From Gemmatimonadales bacterium (GTDB taxonomy: Bacteria; Gemmatimonadota; Gemmatimonadetes; Gemmatimonadales; GWC2-71-9), in the NCBI GenBank assembly GCA_036443495.1, contig JAZFYL010000006.1:1-43285 (forward strand): a stretch of DNA of 43,285 bases, in the 5' to 3' direction. The notes below the pieces were generated by a model, which saw only the letters and a list, made by a program, of their open reading frames with translations, was not told the origin of the DNA and made no database searches. This document shows, in pieces, positions 26,286 through 35,049 of the stretch. The position numbers were made by a program, and so were the translations under genes. Each line of letters starts with the position of its first letter. The stretch's first letter is position 1.

Positions 26286-28315
26286 CAGCGCCACTCCTCG
26301 ATAACCCGACCGCCCGCGTCGGGCCATGTCCAGATCATCTTCTCGCGACTTCGCGGTCCACCGGCAGTCGGTGCCACGATACCGCTGGACCGTACCCGTC
26401 GGCGGTCACTGGGGCGTTTGCTGGGCGGACCCTCGAGGATCTCCCGAGCGAGCGCTGCCGAGGGCACGAGTTCCTGGACCTCGGCGGCGGTGAGCACGCG
26501 CTGCACCAAACCATGCAGGCTGCGCACTGATTCCACCGGACGGCTCGCCAGGTAGGCCGACAACTCGGCATCCTCGAGATCGAGTTTGGCCCGCAACAGG
26601 CGGGCGGCCACTTCCTGGCGAATTTCCCGTTCCGGAGGCGGCAACTCGACCACCAGTCCTCCCTCGAGTCTGGTCAGGAGCCGCGGCTCCACCCCAGTGA
26701 GCTCCGCCAGCGGCACGGTGGAGGTAAAGACCATTTGCCGCTCATCGGCCAGGAACTTGTTGAACAGGATGAACAGCATCTCCTGGGTGCGGTCTTTGTT
26801 AGCCACGAGGTGGACATCGTCGAGCAGAAAGGCACTGGCGTTTTCGTAGCGGGCCCGCCACTGGGTGACGCGCTCGTTGTCGACGGCATCAATCAGTTCG
26901 GCGATGAAATCGTGCGCATCGAGGCAGGCGACCCTGCTGCCCGCCTCCTTGGCCAGCTCGTTGCCGATACCGTGAAGGAGGTGCGTTTTCCCCCGACCGC
27001 TGCCACCGATGATGACCAGGGGGTTGTAGCGAACCCCTGGCTCCTCCGTCACGGCCAGGCCGCTCCGGAGGGCGACCCGATTGCCGCCGCTTTCGAAGAG
27101 TTCTTCCAATTTCCACAGGGGTGACGGGCCTGGCGGAGGCGTCGTCCCCGCCCTCGCCTCGGCGACGAGCCCCTCGGCAACCGCAACCTTATCAGGGTCA
27201 CGGAAGACCGCCGACCCGGCCACAGCGGATTCCATCTCCTCCGCCTCGTGGGCAAGGGCCTGGAGCCGGCCAACGTCGGTCTCAAAGGCCTCCAGCACGG
27301 ATTCGAGATCATCGGAGAGTTCGCCCTCGAGCAACAGTTCGAGCCGGGTGGTACGGTACCCCTCCCCTTCCCAGCGCATGATGGCCGCCGCCACCTTGGA
27401 TCGCCACGACTCGACCTGGTCCGAGACAGTGGCAACTACCTCAGACAGGAAGCTCCCGAATTCGTCGCCGAGGTTCGTTTCTTCGTCCCCCTCTTCGGCA
27501 GTCGCGACCGCCGGCGCTTCCGTCGCGCCCGACTCTTGCTGAGTTTCGTCCCCGACAGGCAACGTCGTCGCACGATCGATCGCTTGGGGGACCCCCGGTA
27601 TGTTCTTCAGGAAGGCGACCGCCTCGATAGCGCCGATGGGCGTATCGGAGACCGCCTGCTGCGCAATGAGGCGGTTTAGCGCGCCGATCAACTCACGCAC
27701 GTTGGTGAACTGCAACCCGGCCACCGCGTCGACGACATCCTTGTCGAATGTCACGTCCCGCTCCTGAGCCCGCCGTGCCAGAATGGCCGCACGGGTCTCG
27801 TAGTCCGGGGTGGCGATGTCCACGACGAGCCCACCGGCGAAGCGCCGAATCAACCGGTCGTCCAGGGCTTCGATGTCCACCGGGGGACGGTCGCTGGTCA
27901 GAACGATCTGGCGCTGCTCGGTTTGCATCACGTCGGTGAGGCGGATGAGTTCCGCCTGCATCTCCCGGCGGTGCGCCAGAAACTGCACGTCGTCCAACAG
28001 CAATAAGTCTGCGTCGCCCACGTGCCGGCGGTAGGCCTCCCCCTGCCCAGCCGCCACAGCGGTATGGAACGCCTCGACGAAATCATCCAGGGTGAGATAC
28101 TCGACCCGAAGATTCGAGTTGATTTCCAGCGCCCGGTGTCCGATCGCCATGAGCAGATGGGTTTTGCCCAGGCCCGGATCGGCGTAGACGAACAGGGGGT
28201 TGTAGCCCGTGCCGGGAGACTCGGCCACACTGCGGGCGGCGGTCACGGCCAGCCGATTCGCGGCACCCACGACCATACTGTCGAACCTGAAGTACGGATG
28301 GAGGTGATCGCTCAC
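26285..28315 (-). CDS. Tandem double DnaA-type AAA+ ATPase with no DnaA domain I and no DNA-binding domain IV
   Basis: Module 1: '[15 protein letters not shown]', Walker A '[10 protein letters not shown]', Walker B 'LLLLDDVQF', 'VLTSDRPP', '[19 protein letters not shown]', '[12 protein letters not shown]'. Module 2: '[13 protein letters not shown]', '[11 protein letters not shown]', 'FLLDDVHLV', 'VFTSTVP', '[19 protein letters not shown]', '[12 protein letters not shown]'. An acidic linker of about 190 aa separates them. The GTG start overlaps the mglA stop (GTGA). Confidence 0.85.
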   Translation of the reverse strand: MSDHLHPYFRFDSMVVGAANRLAVTAARSVAESPGTGYNPLFVYADPGLGKTHLLMAIGHRALEINSNLRVEYLTLDDFVEAFHTAVAAGQGEAYRRHVGDADLLLLDDVQFLAHRREMQAELIRLTDVMQTEQRQIVLTSDRPPVDIEALDDRLIRRFAGGLVVDIATPDYETRAAILARRAQERDVTFDKDVVDAVAGLQFTNVRELIGALNRLIAQQAVSDTPIGAIEAVAFLKNIPGVPQAIDRATTLPVGDETQQESGATEAPAVATAEEGDEETNLGDEFGSFLSEVVATVSDQVESWRSKVAAAIMRWEGEGYRTTRLELLLEGELSDDLESVLEAFETDVGRLQALAHEAEEMESAVAGSAVFRDPDKVAVAEGLVAEARAGTTPPPGPSPLWKLEELFESGGNRVALRSGLAVTEEPGVRYNPLVIIGGSGRGKTHLLHGIGNELAKEAGSRVACLDAHDFIAELIDAVDNERVTQWRARYENASAFLLDDVHLVANKDRTQEMLFILFNKFLADERQMVFTSTVPLAELTGVEPRLLTRLEGGLVVELPPPEREIRQEVAARLLRAKLDLEDAELSAYLASRPVESVRSLHGLVQRVLTAAEVQELVPSAALAREILEGPPSKRPSDRRRVRSSGIVAPTAGGPRSREKMIWTWPDAGGRVIEEWR

Positions 28316-28914
28316 GATAGACTTTCTCCAGACGCCAGCCTCTTGAGTACCAGCTCCGACACGCCTTTGAGGGTCTCGAACACCCCGGCTCCGTGCAGGC
28401 AGTCGGCGGAGTAGCTGCGAACCGCTCGAAAGTTCAGGGCCTCATCCAGCTCGTCGTGGCTCATGACCAGATCCGCGGGCAGGTCCTGCTTATTGTACTG
28501 ATACACCAACGGCAACGTCCGAATATCGATTCCGTGATCCAGGAGATTCTCCTGCAGATTCTGGAGGCTCTCCAGATTTTCGTCGAACCGACGGGCCTGG
28601 CTATCCGCCACGAAGACCACGCCGTCGGCCCCCTGCAATACGAGCTTGCGGGTTGCGTTGTAATAGACTTGCCCGGGAACCGTGTAGAGTTGGAAGCGGG
28701 TCGTGAAGCCCGAGATGCTTCCGAGGTCGATCGGCAGGAAATCGAAGAACAACGTGCGATCGGATTGCGTGGCCAAGGATACCATCTTGCCGCGGCGGTC
28801 TTCCGGCACCCGGCCGAAAATGTACTGCAAGTTGCTCGTCTTGCCCGACCGGCCCGGACCGTAGTATACGATCTTGCAGGTGATTTCCCTCGAGGTGAAG
28901 TTGACGAGTGACAT
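28312..28914 (-). CDS. mglA: Ras-like small GTPase MglA
   Basis: Near-colinear with Myxococcus MglA as I recall it: '[25 protein letters not shown]', '[10 protein letters not shown]', '[10 protein letters not shown]', '[10 protein letters not shown]', 'QYNKQDLP', 'GVFETLK'. Confidence 0.93.
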   Translation of the reverse strand: MSLVNFTSREITCKIVYYGPGRSGKTSNLQYIFGRVPEDRRGKMVSLATQSDRTLFFDFLPIDLGSISGFTTRFQLYTVPGQVYYNATRKLVLQGADGVVFVADSQARRFDENLESLQNLQENLLDHGIDIRTLPLVYQYNKQDLPADLVMSHDELDEALNFRAVRSYSADCLHGAGVFETLKGVSELVLKRLASGESLS

Positions 28915-28919
28915 TGCGG

Positions 28920-29381
28920 CTACCGTCCGAATAGCGAGCGCAGGCTGGAATGCAGTTCGTGCTCGAAGTCCTGGGCCAACACTGCCCCCCTCGGCTCATC
29001 CGCCGGAGCGGCGGCCACCAATTCCGCTATCATGCGATCGAAAAATAGCCGTACCACCCCGAACGTCGTGTCGCGCCCGAACACCACCAGTCCAATCCAC
29101 CGCCCGACGGGCGTGTCAAAACCGGAGAGGAACATTCCCTGGTCCATCCCCTGGTGAGACATCGCCTGAAAGCGAGACACACCCAGCACGCGCGCAAGCT
29201 CTTCCGTCGAGGATATGATGCCGGCCCCAAGAGCCGCGGCCGACATGACATCGAACGCCCGGGTAAACCCATGCTGGGCGACCACCTGCCCCGAACTCGT
29301 CATGAGCAGAGTGAGACGGGCTTCCGACTCGGTCAGAAAGGTCGCGAGTGGACGCTCCACCCAAGGTTCCAGGGCGCGCAT
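28920..29381 (-). CDS. mglB: MglB-like Roadblock/LC7 protein (probable MglA GAP)
   Basis: Starts at the ATG at 29381 ([12 protein letters not shown]). '[16 protein letters not shown]...[24 protein letters not shown]...[13 protein letters not shown]...[26 protein letters not shown]' parallels MglB. Lies 5 nt upstream of mglA. Confidence 0.8.
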   Translation of the reverse strand: MRALEPWVERPLATFLTESEARLTLLMTSSGQVVAQHGFTRAFDVMSAAALGAGIISSTEELARVLGVSRFQAMSHQGMDQGMFLSGFDTPVGRWIGLVVFGRDTTFGVVRLFFDRMIAELVAAAPADEPRGAVLAQDFEHELHSSLRSLFGR

Positions 29382-29731
29382 TACCCCAACCGTCCCACCG
29401 CCTGGAGCATCTCGATTCGCGTGAGTCCGGCATTCACCTGACCATCTCCCACGGCCACCAGCAGCAACTCCGGGCCTGCGGGAACCACCAAAAGTGCTCC
29501 TGCGGAGGCCTGGAGGTGGAAAAAGGTCGGGGCGGCATAGCCTGTCGCATCGATTGCCGTCCCCAGTCGCCGGGTCAGGGACGCCGCCAGCGCGGCGATG
29601 GCGTCGCCGGGGACACCCTCCATGAGAGACTCCGCCACGATGAGGCCGTCCTCGGCAGAGACGACCATGGCGCCCGATATGCCTCTGAGGCGGGTGATCG
29701 GCTCGAGGGTAGCTTCGTACCCGCCGTTCAT
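29381..29731 (-). CDS. Roadblock/LC7-domain protein (second paralog)
   Basis: Starts at the ATG at 29731 (MNGGYEATLEPITRLRGISGAMVVSAEDGLIVAES...DAIAALAASL...LLVVPAGPELLLVAVGDGQVNAGLTRIEM), a typical Roadblock pattern. The ATGA overlaps the upstream gene, and there is a 1-nt overlap with mglB. Confidence 0.65.
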   Translation of the reverse strand: MNGGYEATLEPITRLRGISGAMVVSAEDGLIVAESLMEGVPGDAIAALAASLTRRLGTAIDATGYAAPTFFHLQASAGALLVVPAGPELLLVAVGDGQVNAGLTRIEMLQAVGRLG

Positions 29732-30585
29732 GTGAGTGACTCCATCCACTGATTCGCGGCCTCTGAGGCACGCACGCTCAGGGCGGCCAATCGCCCCAGC
29801 GGCACGCTTGACGCCCGTGCCACCAGGAGGATGGTATCGGCAGTCGGCGCCACCAGATGAAAGTTCCCGTCCGGGGCTTGGACCGTCAGGCTCTCCCAAG
29901 CTCCCATTTCGAGCAGTTTGGTAGCGCGGGAGGCCTCACGGGACACACCGGCGAGGTAGGCGGCGACGCGGTCAGCGACGTCGAGTCCGTCAGGCGATTG
30001 CAGTCCACCCCCTAGCCGCCGGCCCTGGGCATCCACCAGCAGGAGTCCGTCTTCCGCCCCCTCGAATCCCACGAAGACGGCCGGCATCTCGAGTTCGGCC
30101 TCTGTCTCCGCCGCGTCCGGAACCGGTTCAGCGACCGGCTCTTGAGCCAGCACGGGTGGGGCGGGGCTCTCCCCTGCCGCCTCACCCAGCCCTTCCCGGA
30201 CGCGGGCGATGGCTGCAGCGATCCCTTCGTCGTCCGGCATGACCTCCCGGGCCTGTTCGAGGTGTTCCTGGGCTTTCGGCAGTTCTCCGGCGACGAAGTA
30301 AAGGAAACCGATCCCTTTGTGGGCACCCGCGTGCCCAGGGTCGAGGCGGAGTGCAATGCCCCACTCGTCGAAGGCAACCTCGAAGTCACCGCAGTCACCG
30401 AGAATCCTGGCGTAGAGGTCGTGGGCATCGGCCAGATCCGGATAGCGGGACAATCCCGCCACGGCCACCTTCTGCGCCGAGGCCAACTGCCTGCGACGGC
30501 GCAGCGCCTCTCCCAAGGGCAGAAACACCAAGCTGGTCGGATCGGCCGCCAGCTGGGATGTCATGACTCGGATGTCTTCAGTCAT
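29728..30585 (-). CDS. TPR (N-terminal) fused to a Roadblock/LC7-like domain (C-terminal)
   Basis: TPR-like 'AHDLYARILGDCGDFEVAFDEWGIALRLDPGHAGAHKGIGFLYFVAGELPKAQEHLEQA'. A Pro/Ala/Glu linker follows. C-terminal 'DGLLLVDAQGRRLGG...VADRVAAYLAGVSREASRATKLLEMGAWESLTVQAPDGNFHLVAP..DTILLVARASSVPLGRL' is Roadblock-like. Confidence 0.65.
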   Translation of the reverse strand: MTEDIRVMTSQLAADPTSLVFLPLGEALRRRRQLASAQKVAVAGLSRYPDLADAHDLYARILGDCGDFEVAFDEWGIALRLDPGHAGAHKGIGFLYFVAGELPKAQEHLEQAREVMPDDEGIAAAIARVREGLGEAAGESPAPPVLAQEPVAEPVPDAAETEAELEMPAVFVGFEGAEDGLLLVDAQGRRLGGGLQSPDGLDVADRVAAYLAGVSREASRATKLLEMGAWESLTVQAPDGNFHLVAPTADTILLVARASSVPLGRLAALSVRASEAANQWMESLT

Positions 30586-31726
30586 GCCGTTCTTGCATTG
30601 CCTCTTCCAGCACCAGAGCCGCTTCGAGGTAGCGTGTTACAGCCTCCGTGTGGCCCTTCTCGTGTGGATTGCGCCCGGGTAACTCCAGCCACTGCTGCCA
30701 CACCAACCCTGCCTCCGCGAATTCCCCGGCCCCCACCAGGGCCACACCCAGCAGGCGATAGCCCATCGCCAACTCGGAGTCCAACTCCACGGCATCCCGC
30801 AGAGTCTCCACCGCTTCGGCAAACCGGTTGGCTGCCACTAGCACCCGACCCAAGATCAGGTAGGCGACGCTGTCATCAGGATAGCCCGCGACCGCATCGC
30901 GAGCAGTGTCCTCGGCCGCCCCCACATCAGCGACCGATAGGTGATCCTCGGTTCGCGCCACCAAGACCGCCAATTCTCGATCTTCGGCCTGCGTCACGGC
31001 GGTCTTGGGATCCTCAATGACGATAATACCGGCCGAGGCCAACCCGAAGAGAACCTTGGCGACCTCGAATTCCGAGCGTCCCAATTGGTCGGCGATCTCT
31101 CGAACATCGGCCTCACCGCCGACCGCGGACAGGAGGGCCCACTCGTCCGGTAGCAAATCAATTACGGCGGGCCCATTGCCATCACCGGCATTGAGCCTCG
31201 GTACGACCCCGAGGTGTGGAATCTTGGACTCGAATCGGCTCCACTCGTCGATTCGCCTCGCAGCCTCCATGAGCAGCGACTCGGTGGGGATCCGATAGTG
31301 TGCCTCTGCGGGAGACTGCCCCGGCTCACTTTCCTCGAAGGAGAAATAGCCTTCCGACCAACTCATGAGCTCGAAGATGACTTCTTCGACTTGATCACTG
31401 ATCTGTCGGTCGAGCTCTTTCCGTGATATCGCCCCGATTTCCACCAACAACTCGCCGAGGCGCTGGCCATCGCGACTCGCCTGCATGTCGACAGCGCGGT
31501 TGACGTCGTCGGCACTGACCTTACCAGACCTGATAAGCAGCGATCCGAGCGGATGGGGGTTGCTCTTGATTTCCGCTCCGACCACGGCGCCACCCTCGAA
31601 GTAGACCGTGCCGTCGTTCTGCCGGAGGTCGGAGGTCACGACGAGGACACCAGTCTTCCGCCCCAGGTCGAGTAACTGGAACACATCGTGAATGTGCAGT
31701 TCCTTCAGCGGGCCTTCGATCGTCAC
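30578..31726 (-). CDS. PATAN/DUF4388-like N-terminal domain fused to TPR repeats (paralog 2)
   Basis: 'MTIEGPLKELHIHDVFQLLDLGRKTGVLVV...VYFEGG' plus a helical insert ('PLGSLLIRSGKVSADDVNRAVDMQ...RLGELLVEIGAISRKELDRQISDQVEEV'). C-terminal TPR units ('SVAYLILGRVLVAANRFAEAVETLRDAVELDSE'). Confidence 0.8.
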   Translation of the reverse strand: MTIEGPLKELHIHDVFQLLDLGRKTGVLVVTSDLRQNDGTVYFEGGAVVGAEIKSNPHPLGSLLIRSGKVSADDVNRAVDMQASRDGQRLGELLVEIGAISRKELDRQISDQVEEVIFELMSWSEGYFSFEESEPGQSPAEAHYRIPTESLLMEAARRIDEWSRFESKIPHLGVVPRLNAGDGNGPAVIDLLPDEWALLSAVGGEADVREIADQLGRSEFEVAKVLFGLASAGIIVIEDPKTAVTQAEDRELAVLVARTEDHLSVADVGAAEDTARDAVAGYPDDSVAYLILGRVLVAANRFAEAVETLRDAVELDSELAMGYRLLGVALVGAGEFAEAGLVWQQWLELPGRNPHEKGHTEAVTRYLEAALVLEEAMQERHD

Positions 31727-31729
31727 GAC

Positions 31730-34414
31730 TTACCCGGACGTTTCAAGGAAGATGTGAGCCAGATCCTTGGCCGACCGTAGCTGCGCTCTGGCACGCTGGG
31801 CGTATTCGCTCGCGGGATCCAGCATGATGACTCGCTGCCAGGCACCCATGGCATCGTCGTATTCCTTGGCCGTCAGCTTGATCGTCCCGATGTGGAACAA
31901 CGCCGCCAAGTGGTCGGGCTCGAACCGCAGGATGCGCTCGAGTGCATGGCGCGCCTCGGCTTTCCTGCCGTCCTCGATCAGTACTTCCGCCAAGAGCATC
32001 AGGGCATCGAATTCGTAGGGATCCAGCGCCAGCCAATCGACCAGCAGGTGCACCGCGGCACGACTCGATTCCTGCTCTTTCAGCAAGCGGGCAAGCGCCA
32101 GGGTCGCTTCGACGTAGGTCGGCAGAAGGTTCAGCGCCTTCTCGTAGGCCAGCCGAGCACCGGTGTAGTTCTGCCGAGCCTGTTCCAACCCACCCAGCTC
32201 GAACCAGACCTGCACCAGCCCGGAATCGAGCTGCAGTGCCGCCTGGTAGGCCTCCAGCGCGCCATCAAAGTCGCCCAGATGGGTCGCCACCTTGGCCTGC
32301 AATTGAGAGAGATCCGGTCTACCCGGGGCCAGCAGCTGAGCCTGCTTGAGATGGTCCAGGGCCGGCACCGGTTGTCCCAGCGCCAGCCTGGCCTGGGCAC
32401 ACGCCACGAGGCCCTCGACATCATCGCGGGAACGCCGGGCCAGCTCTTCCACGAGGCCGCCGGCTTCCTCGGGACGCCCCAGGGCCAGTAACGCGCGGAC
32501 CTCGCCGCGCAGCGCCTCGGTCTCCTCGGGATCATGCTCGCGGCTGCTGCGGTAGCGTTCCAAGGCCTCGCCGTAGAACCCGCGCTTCATGAAAATGTCG
32601 CCCAGCAGAACATTGGCCTTGACGCGTGAGGCCCCTCGCGCAACCGCTCGATTCAATTCCGCCGTTGCCAGCTCCAGCAAGCCCTTGTCGATGTAGTCTC
32701 GGGCCAGAACGTACGGCGCGTTGACATCGGCGACGGCATCCTCCGGCTCGGGTTCCGGAACGAGTTCGGCAAAGATGTCGTCCAGCACACCTTCGTCGAG
32801 TGTGAAGGCATCCCCGATCTCCTCGCCAGCGACATCGCCCGACAGCTCGGGCACGATGCTGATCGTCGGGTCTTCGTACTGCAGGTCGATTGTGAGACTG
32901 AATTTCTGGGGCACGTAGTAGGCTTCGAGTTCCAGAGCACGCTTGGTTTCGCGCAGGGCACCGTCGAAGTCTCCCAGCTGGCTCAGGGTGAAGCTCAGGT
33001 TGTAGTGGGCCGGGGCATGGTTTGGATCCGCCTCCACCGAGCGGGCGAAGGCGTTCTTGGCGTCGGAGAAGCGCTTCAACTCCATCAGCACCATTCCCAC
33101 TCCGTTCCAGGCGATCGCGTTAGCCGGGGTATCGGCGAGGATCTGCCTGTAGGCCTCCAGCGCCGGCTGAAAACGTTTGTGCTGGAAGAGTTCCAACGCC
33201 AAGTTGAGCTTGGCCGCCACCACCTGACGGTTGCTCTCGACTGCCGTCCGAAACGCCTTCAACGCGTCCTCGGGGTCCTCCTGGTCGGCCAGCAGCACCC
33301 CGAGATTGTTCCAGGCCAAGGCGTACCGGGAATCGTGAGAGATGGCATTCTCGTAAGACACTCGGGCCAGTTCCCGCTGTCCGGCCTGGTGCAAACAGAC
33401 GCCCCGTTCGTTCCACAACTTGGGAGAATCTTCGAATTCACGGACCAGCGAATCGTAAAGGTTGAGCGCCGCACTGAAGTCGTGCCGGAGCAGATCCACC
33501 TCGGCAATGGCCTCCAGGACCAGGCGCCTCTCTTCGCCACTGTCCAGGGCGAGCCGGTACTCCCGGAGAGCCTCGGCGAAGTATCCCTTCTGCCGGAATG
33601 CGAGGCCGAGGTTGTAGTGCGCCAAGGCCCTTCCTTCAGCGATCTGCGGCCGTTTGTGGTCCCCCTCTTTGTCTTCCGGCCGTCTGTCGGTGCCTGAGGT
33701 GAGCGTCAGGTTGGCCTGTGCCCGGGCCAAGGTGGGATTCAGTTGCACGGCACGTCGGGTGGCCGCCCGGGCATCTTCGTGGAGGCCCATGTCGCCATAG
33801 ACGAAAGCCACCAGGTAGTGCGCGTCGGCGTATTCGGGGTTGAGCTTGATTGCCGCCTTCAGTTCATCCAACGCCTGCTCGTTCAGGCCTCGATTATAGA
33901 GGGCTTCGCCATGGTAGAACCGCGCCAGGGAACTCTGGGGCTCGATCCGGCACGCTTCCTCAAACCAATCCGAAGCGGCCTCGACCTGGCCGCGCGCCTT
34001 TTCAGCCATCCCCAGTTGAATGATGGTCGGCGTATCGTGGGGCTGGCGGGACAACAAAGCATCGAACTCGGCGATGGCTTCGTCATAGTGACCCAGTGAG
34101 GCGTAGGCCCGGCCGAGTTTCCACCGGGCCTCATGGTCCTCCGGTTGCTCCCGCAGTTTTTCCTGGAGGCCCGCTACGAGGGAATCGTAATACCCGGACG
34201 AGGTATAGGCGGCCTCCAGGTTGTCCTGGGCCACCTGCATCTTGGGGTCCAATTCGAGGGCACGCGTGAACTCGGCAATGGCCTCGGGGATGAGTCGCTT
34301 CTGATAGTAGAGAACGCCCAGGTTGTTGTGGGCACCGGCGTCGGATGGATCGATACGATCGGCAAAGGAGCGGAGGACCGCTAAATCGCGTTCCGAGATC
34401 GCCGAGACAGCCAT
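31730..34414 (-). CDS. Large (894 aa) all-TPR protein
   Basis: Starts at the ATG at 34414 (MAVSAISERDLAVL), 4 nt after the cheC stop. Contains many consecutive canonical TPR units, for example 'AHNNLGVLYYQKRLIPEAIAEFTRALELDPK' and 'ALAWNNLGVLLADQEDPEDALKAFRTAVESN'. Confidence 0.8.
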   Translation of the reverse strand: MAVSAISERDLAVLRSFADRIDPSDAGAHNNLGVLYYQKRLIPEAIAEFTRALELDPKMQVAQDNLEAAYTSSGYYDSLVAGLQEKLREQPEDHEARWKLGRAYASLGHYDEAIAEFDALLSRQPHDTPTIIQLGMAEKARGQVEAASDWFEEACRIEPQSSLARFYHGEALYNRGLNEQALDELKAAIKLNPEYADAHYLVAFVYGDMGLHEDARAATRRAVQLNPTLARAQANLTLTSGTDRRPEDKEGDHKRPQIAEGRALAHYNLGLAFRQKGYFAEALREYRLALDSGEERRLVLEAIAEVDLLRHDFSAALNLYDSLVREFEDSPKLWNERGVCLHQAGQRELARVSYENAISHDSRYALAWNNLGVLLADQEDPEDALKAFRTAVESNRQVVAAKLNLALELFQHKRFQPALEAYRQILADTPANAIAWNGVGMVLMELKRFSDAKNAFARSVEADPNHAPAHYNLSFTLSQLGDFDGALRETKRALELEAYYVPQKFSLTIDLQYEDPTISIVPELSGDVAGEEIGDAFTLDEGVLDDIFAELVPEPEPEDAVADVNAPYVLARDYIDKGLLELATAELNRAVARGASRVKANVLLGDIFMKRGFYGEALERYRSSREHDPEETEALRGEVRALLALGRPEEAGGLVEELARRSRDDVEGLVACAQARLALGQPVPALDHLKQAQLLAPGRPDLSQLQAKVATHLGDFDGALEAYQAALQLDSGLVQVWFELGGLEQARQNYTGARLAYEKALNLLPTYVEATLALARLLKEQESSRAAVHLLVDWLALDPYEFDALMLLAEVLIEDGRKAEARHALERILRFEPDHLAALFHIGTIKLTAKEYDDAMGAWQRVIMLDPASEYAQRARAQLRSAKDLAHIFLETSG

Positions 34415-34418
34415 TGCC

Positions 34419-35039
34419 TCAGCCGAGACGGATAGCGTCGAAGATCGCGCGGAGAGACGCCAGGTCGGGCAGGAGTAAGAAGTGAGCCGAGACCTGGTCT
34501 TGCGCCTCCTCGAAATGGAATCGGGTTTCGACACACAAGACGAAATCCCGGTCGCTTCCAAAGGTGAGGTATGTGGACGTCAACACGGCCGCTGCGTAGT
34601 CCACGACCAAGCTCGGGACTGACGGCACCAGCATCATTCCCAGGAAGTCGCTCAACGCGTTCAGGTAGGCGCTACTGAGAATGTTGCCCACTTCCTTGAG
34701 CCCGGATTCTTCCATTTCGCCCAATGTCGTGGTCGTGCCGACGGGCCGGCGCATGATCAGATCGCACACCCTGTGCGCGCCCTCGGAGGGGAACATCAGC
34801 AGCGTCCGCCCGGTCAGGTCTCCCATCATCTGCATGAGGACCGCTGCAATGACGTCGTCGGGGTCACCCAACACAGCCGCCACTTCCTCCAGGGGGGTGA
34901 CGTTCACAGTGGGGACGTTGATCATGATCTTCCGATCAACCATCTGCGAGAGAGCGGTCGCCGCGTGGCCCGCGCCGATGTTCGCCACTTCCCGCAAGGC
35001 GTCCAATTGCAGTGGTTCGAGGTCCCGCACGTCGTCCAT
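34419..35039 (-). CDS. cheC: CheC-type CheY-P phosphatase
   Basis: Starts at the ATG at 35039 (MDDVRDLEPLQ). Has two E-x2-N active-site motifs, 'DALREVANIGAGHAATALS' and 'SGLKEVGNILSSAYLNALS'. Confidence 0.8.
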   Translation of the reverse strand: MDDVRDLEPLQLDALREVANIGAGHAATALSQMVDRKIMINVPTVNVTPLEEVAAVLGDPDDVIAAVLMQMMGDLTGRTLLMFPSEGAHRVCDLIMRRPVGTTTTLGEMEESGLKEVGNILSSAYLNALSDFLGMMLVPSVPSLVVDYAAAVLTSTYLTFGSDRDFVLCVETRFHFEEAQDQVSAHFLLLPDLASLRAIFDAIRLG

Positions 35040-35049
35040 CACGCCTCCA

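Noticed and set aside
26285-28315. The DnaA-like gene as the chromosomal replication initiator, marking oriC.
   Set aside because: It has no domain IV (DNA-binding HTH) and no domain I. There is no adjacent dnaN, recF or gyrB. I saw no cluster of TTATCCACA-like DnaA boxes and no AT-rich unwinding element in the flanks, and the gene is embedded in an operon with overlapping neighbours.
29382-29899. Long N-terminal extensions of the mglB-like gene (track ORF 28920-29771) and the Roadblock gene (track ORF 29381-29899). Similar extensions occur for ftsZ (to 3115), cheD (to 24034), cheC (to 35192), the 894-aa TPR gene (to 34561), lspA (to 39517) and rluD (to 38921).
   Set aside because: The extensions overlap the upstream genes out of frame and are Arg/Gly/Pro-rich. 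Internal ATG/GTG codons sit exactly at the upstream stop codons and give family-typical N-termini.
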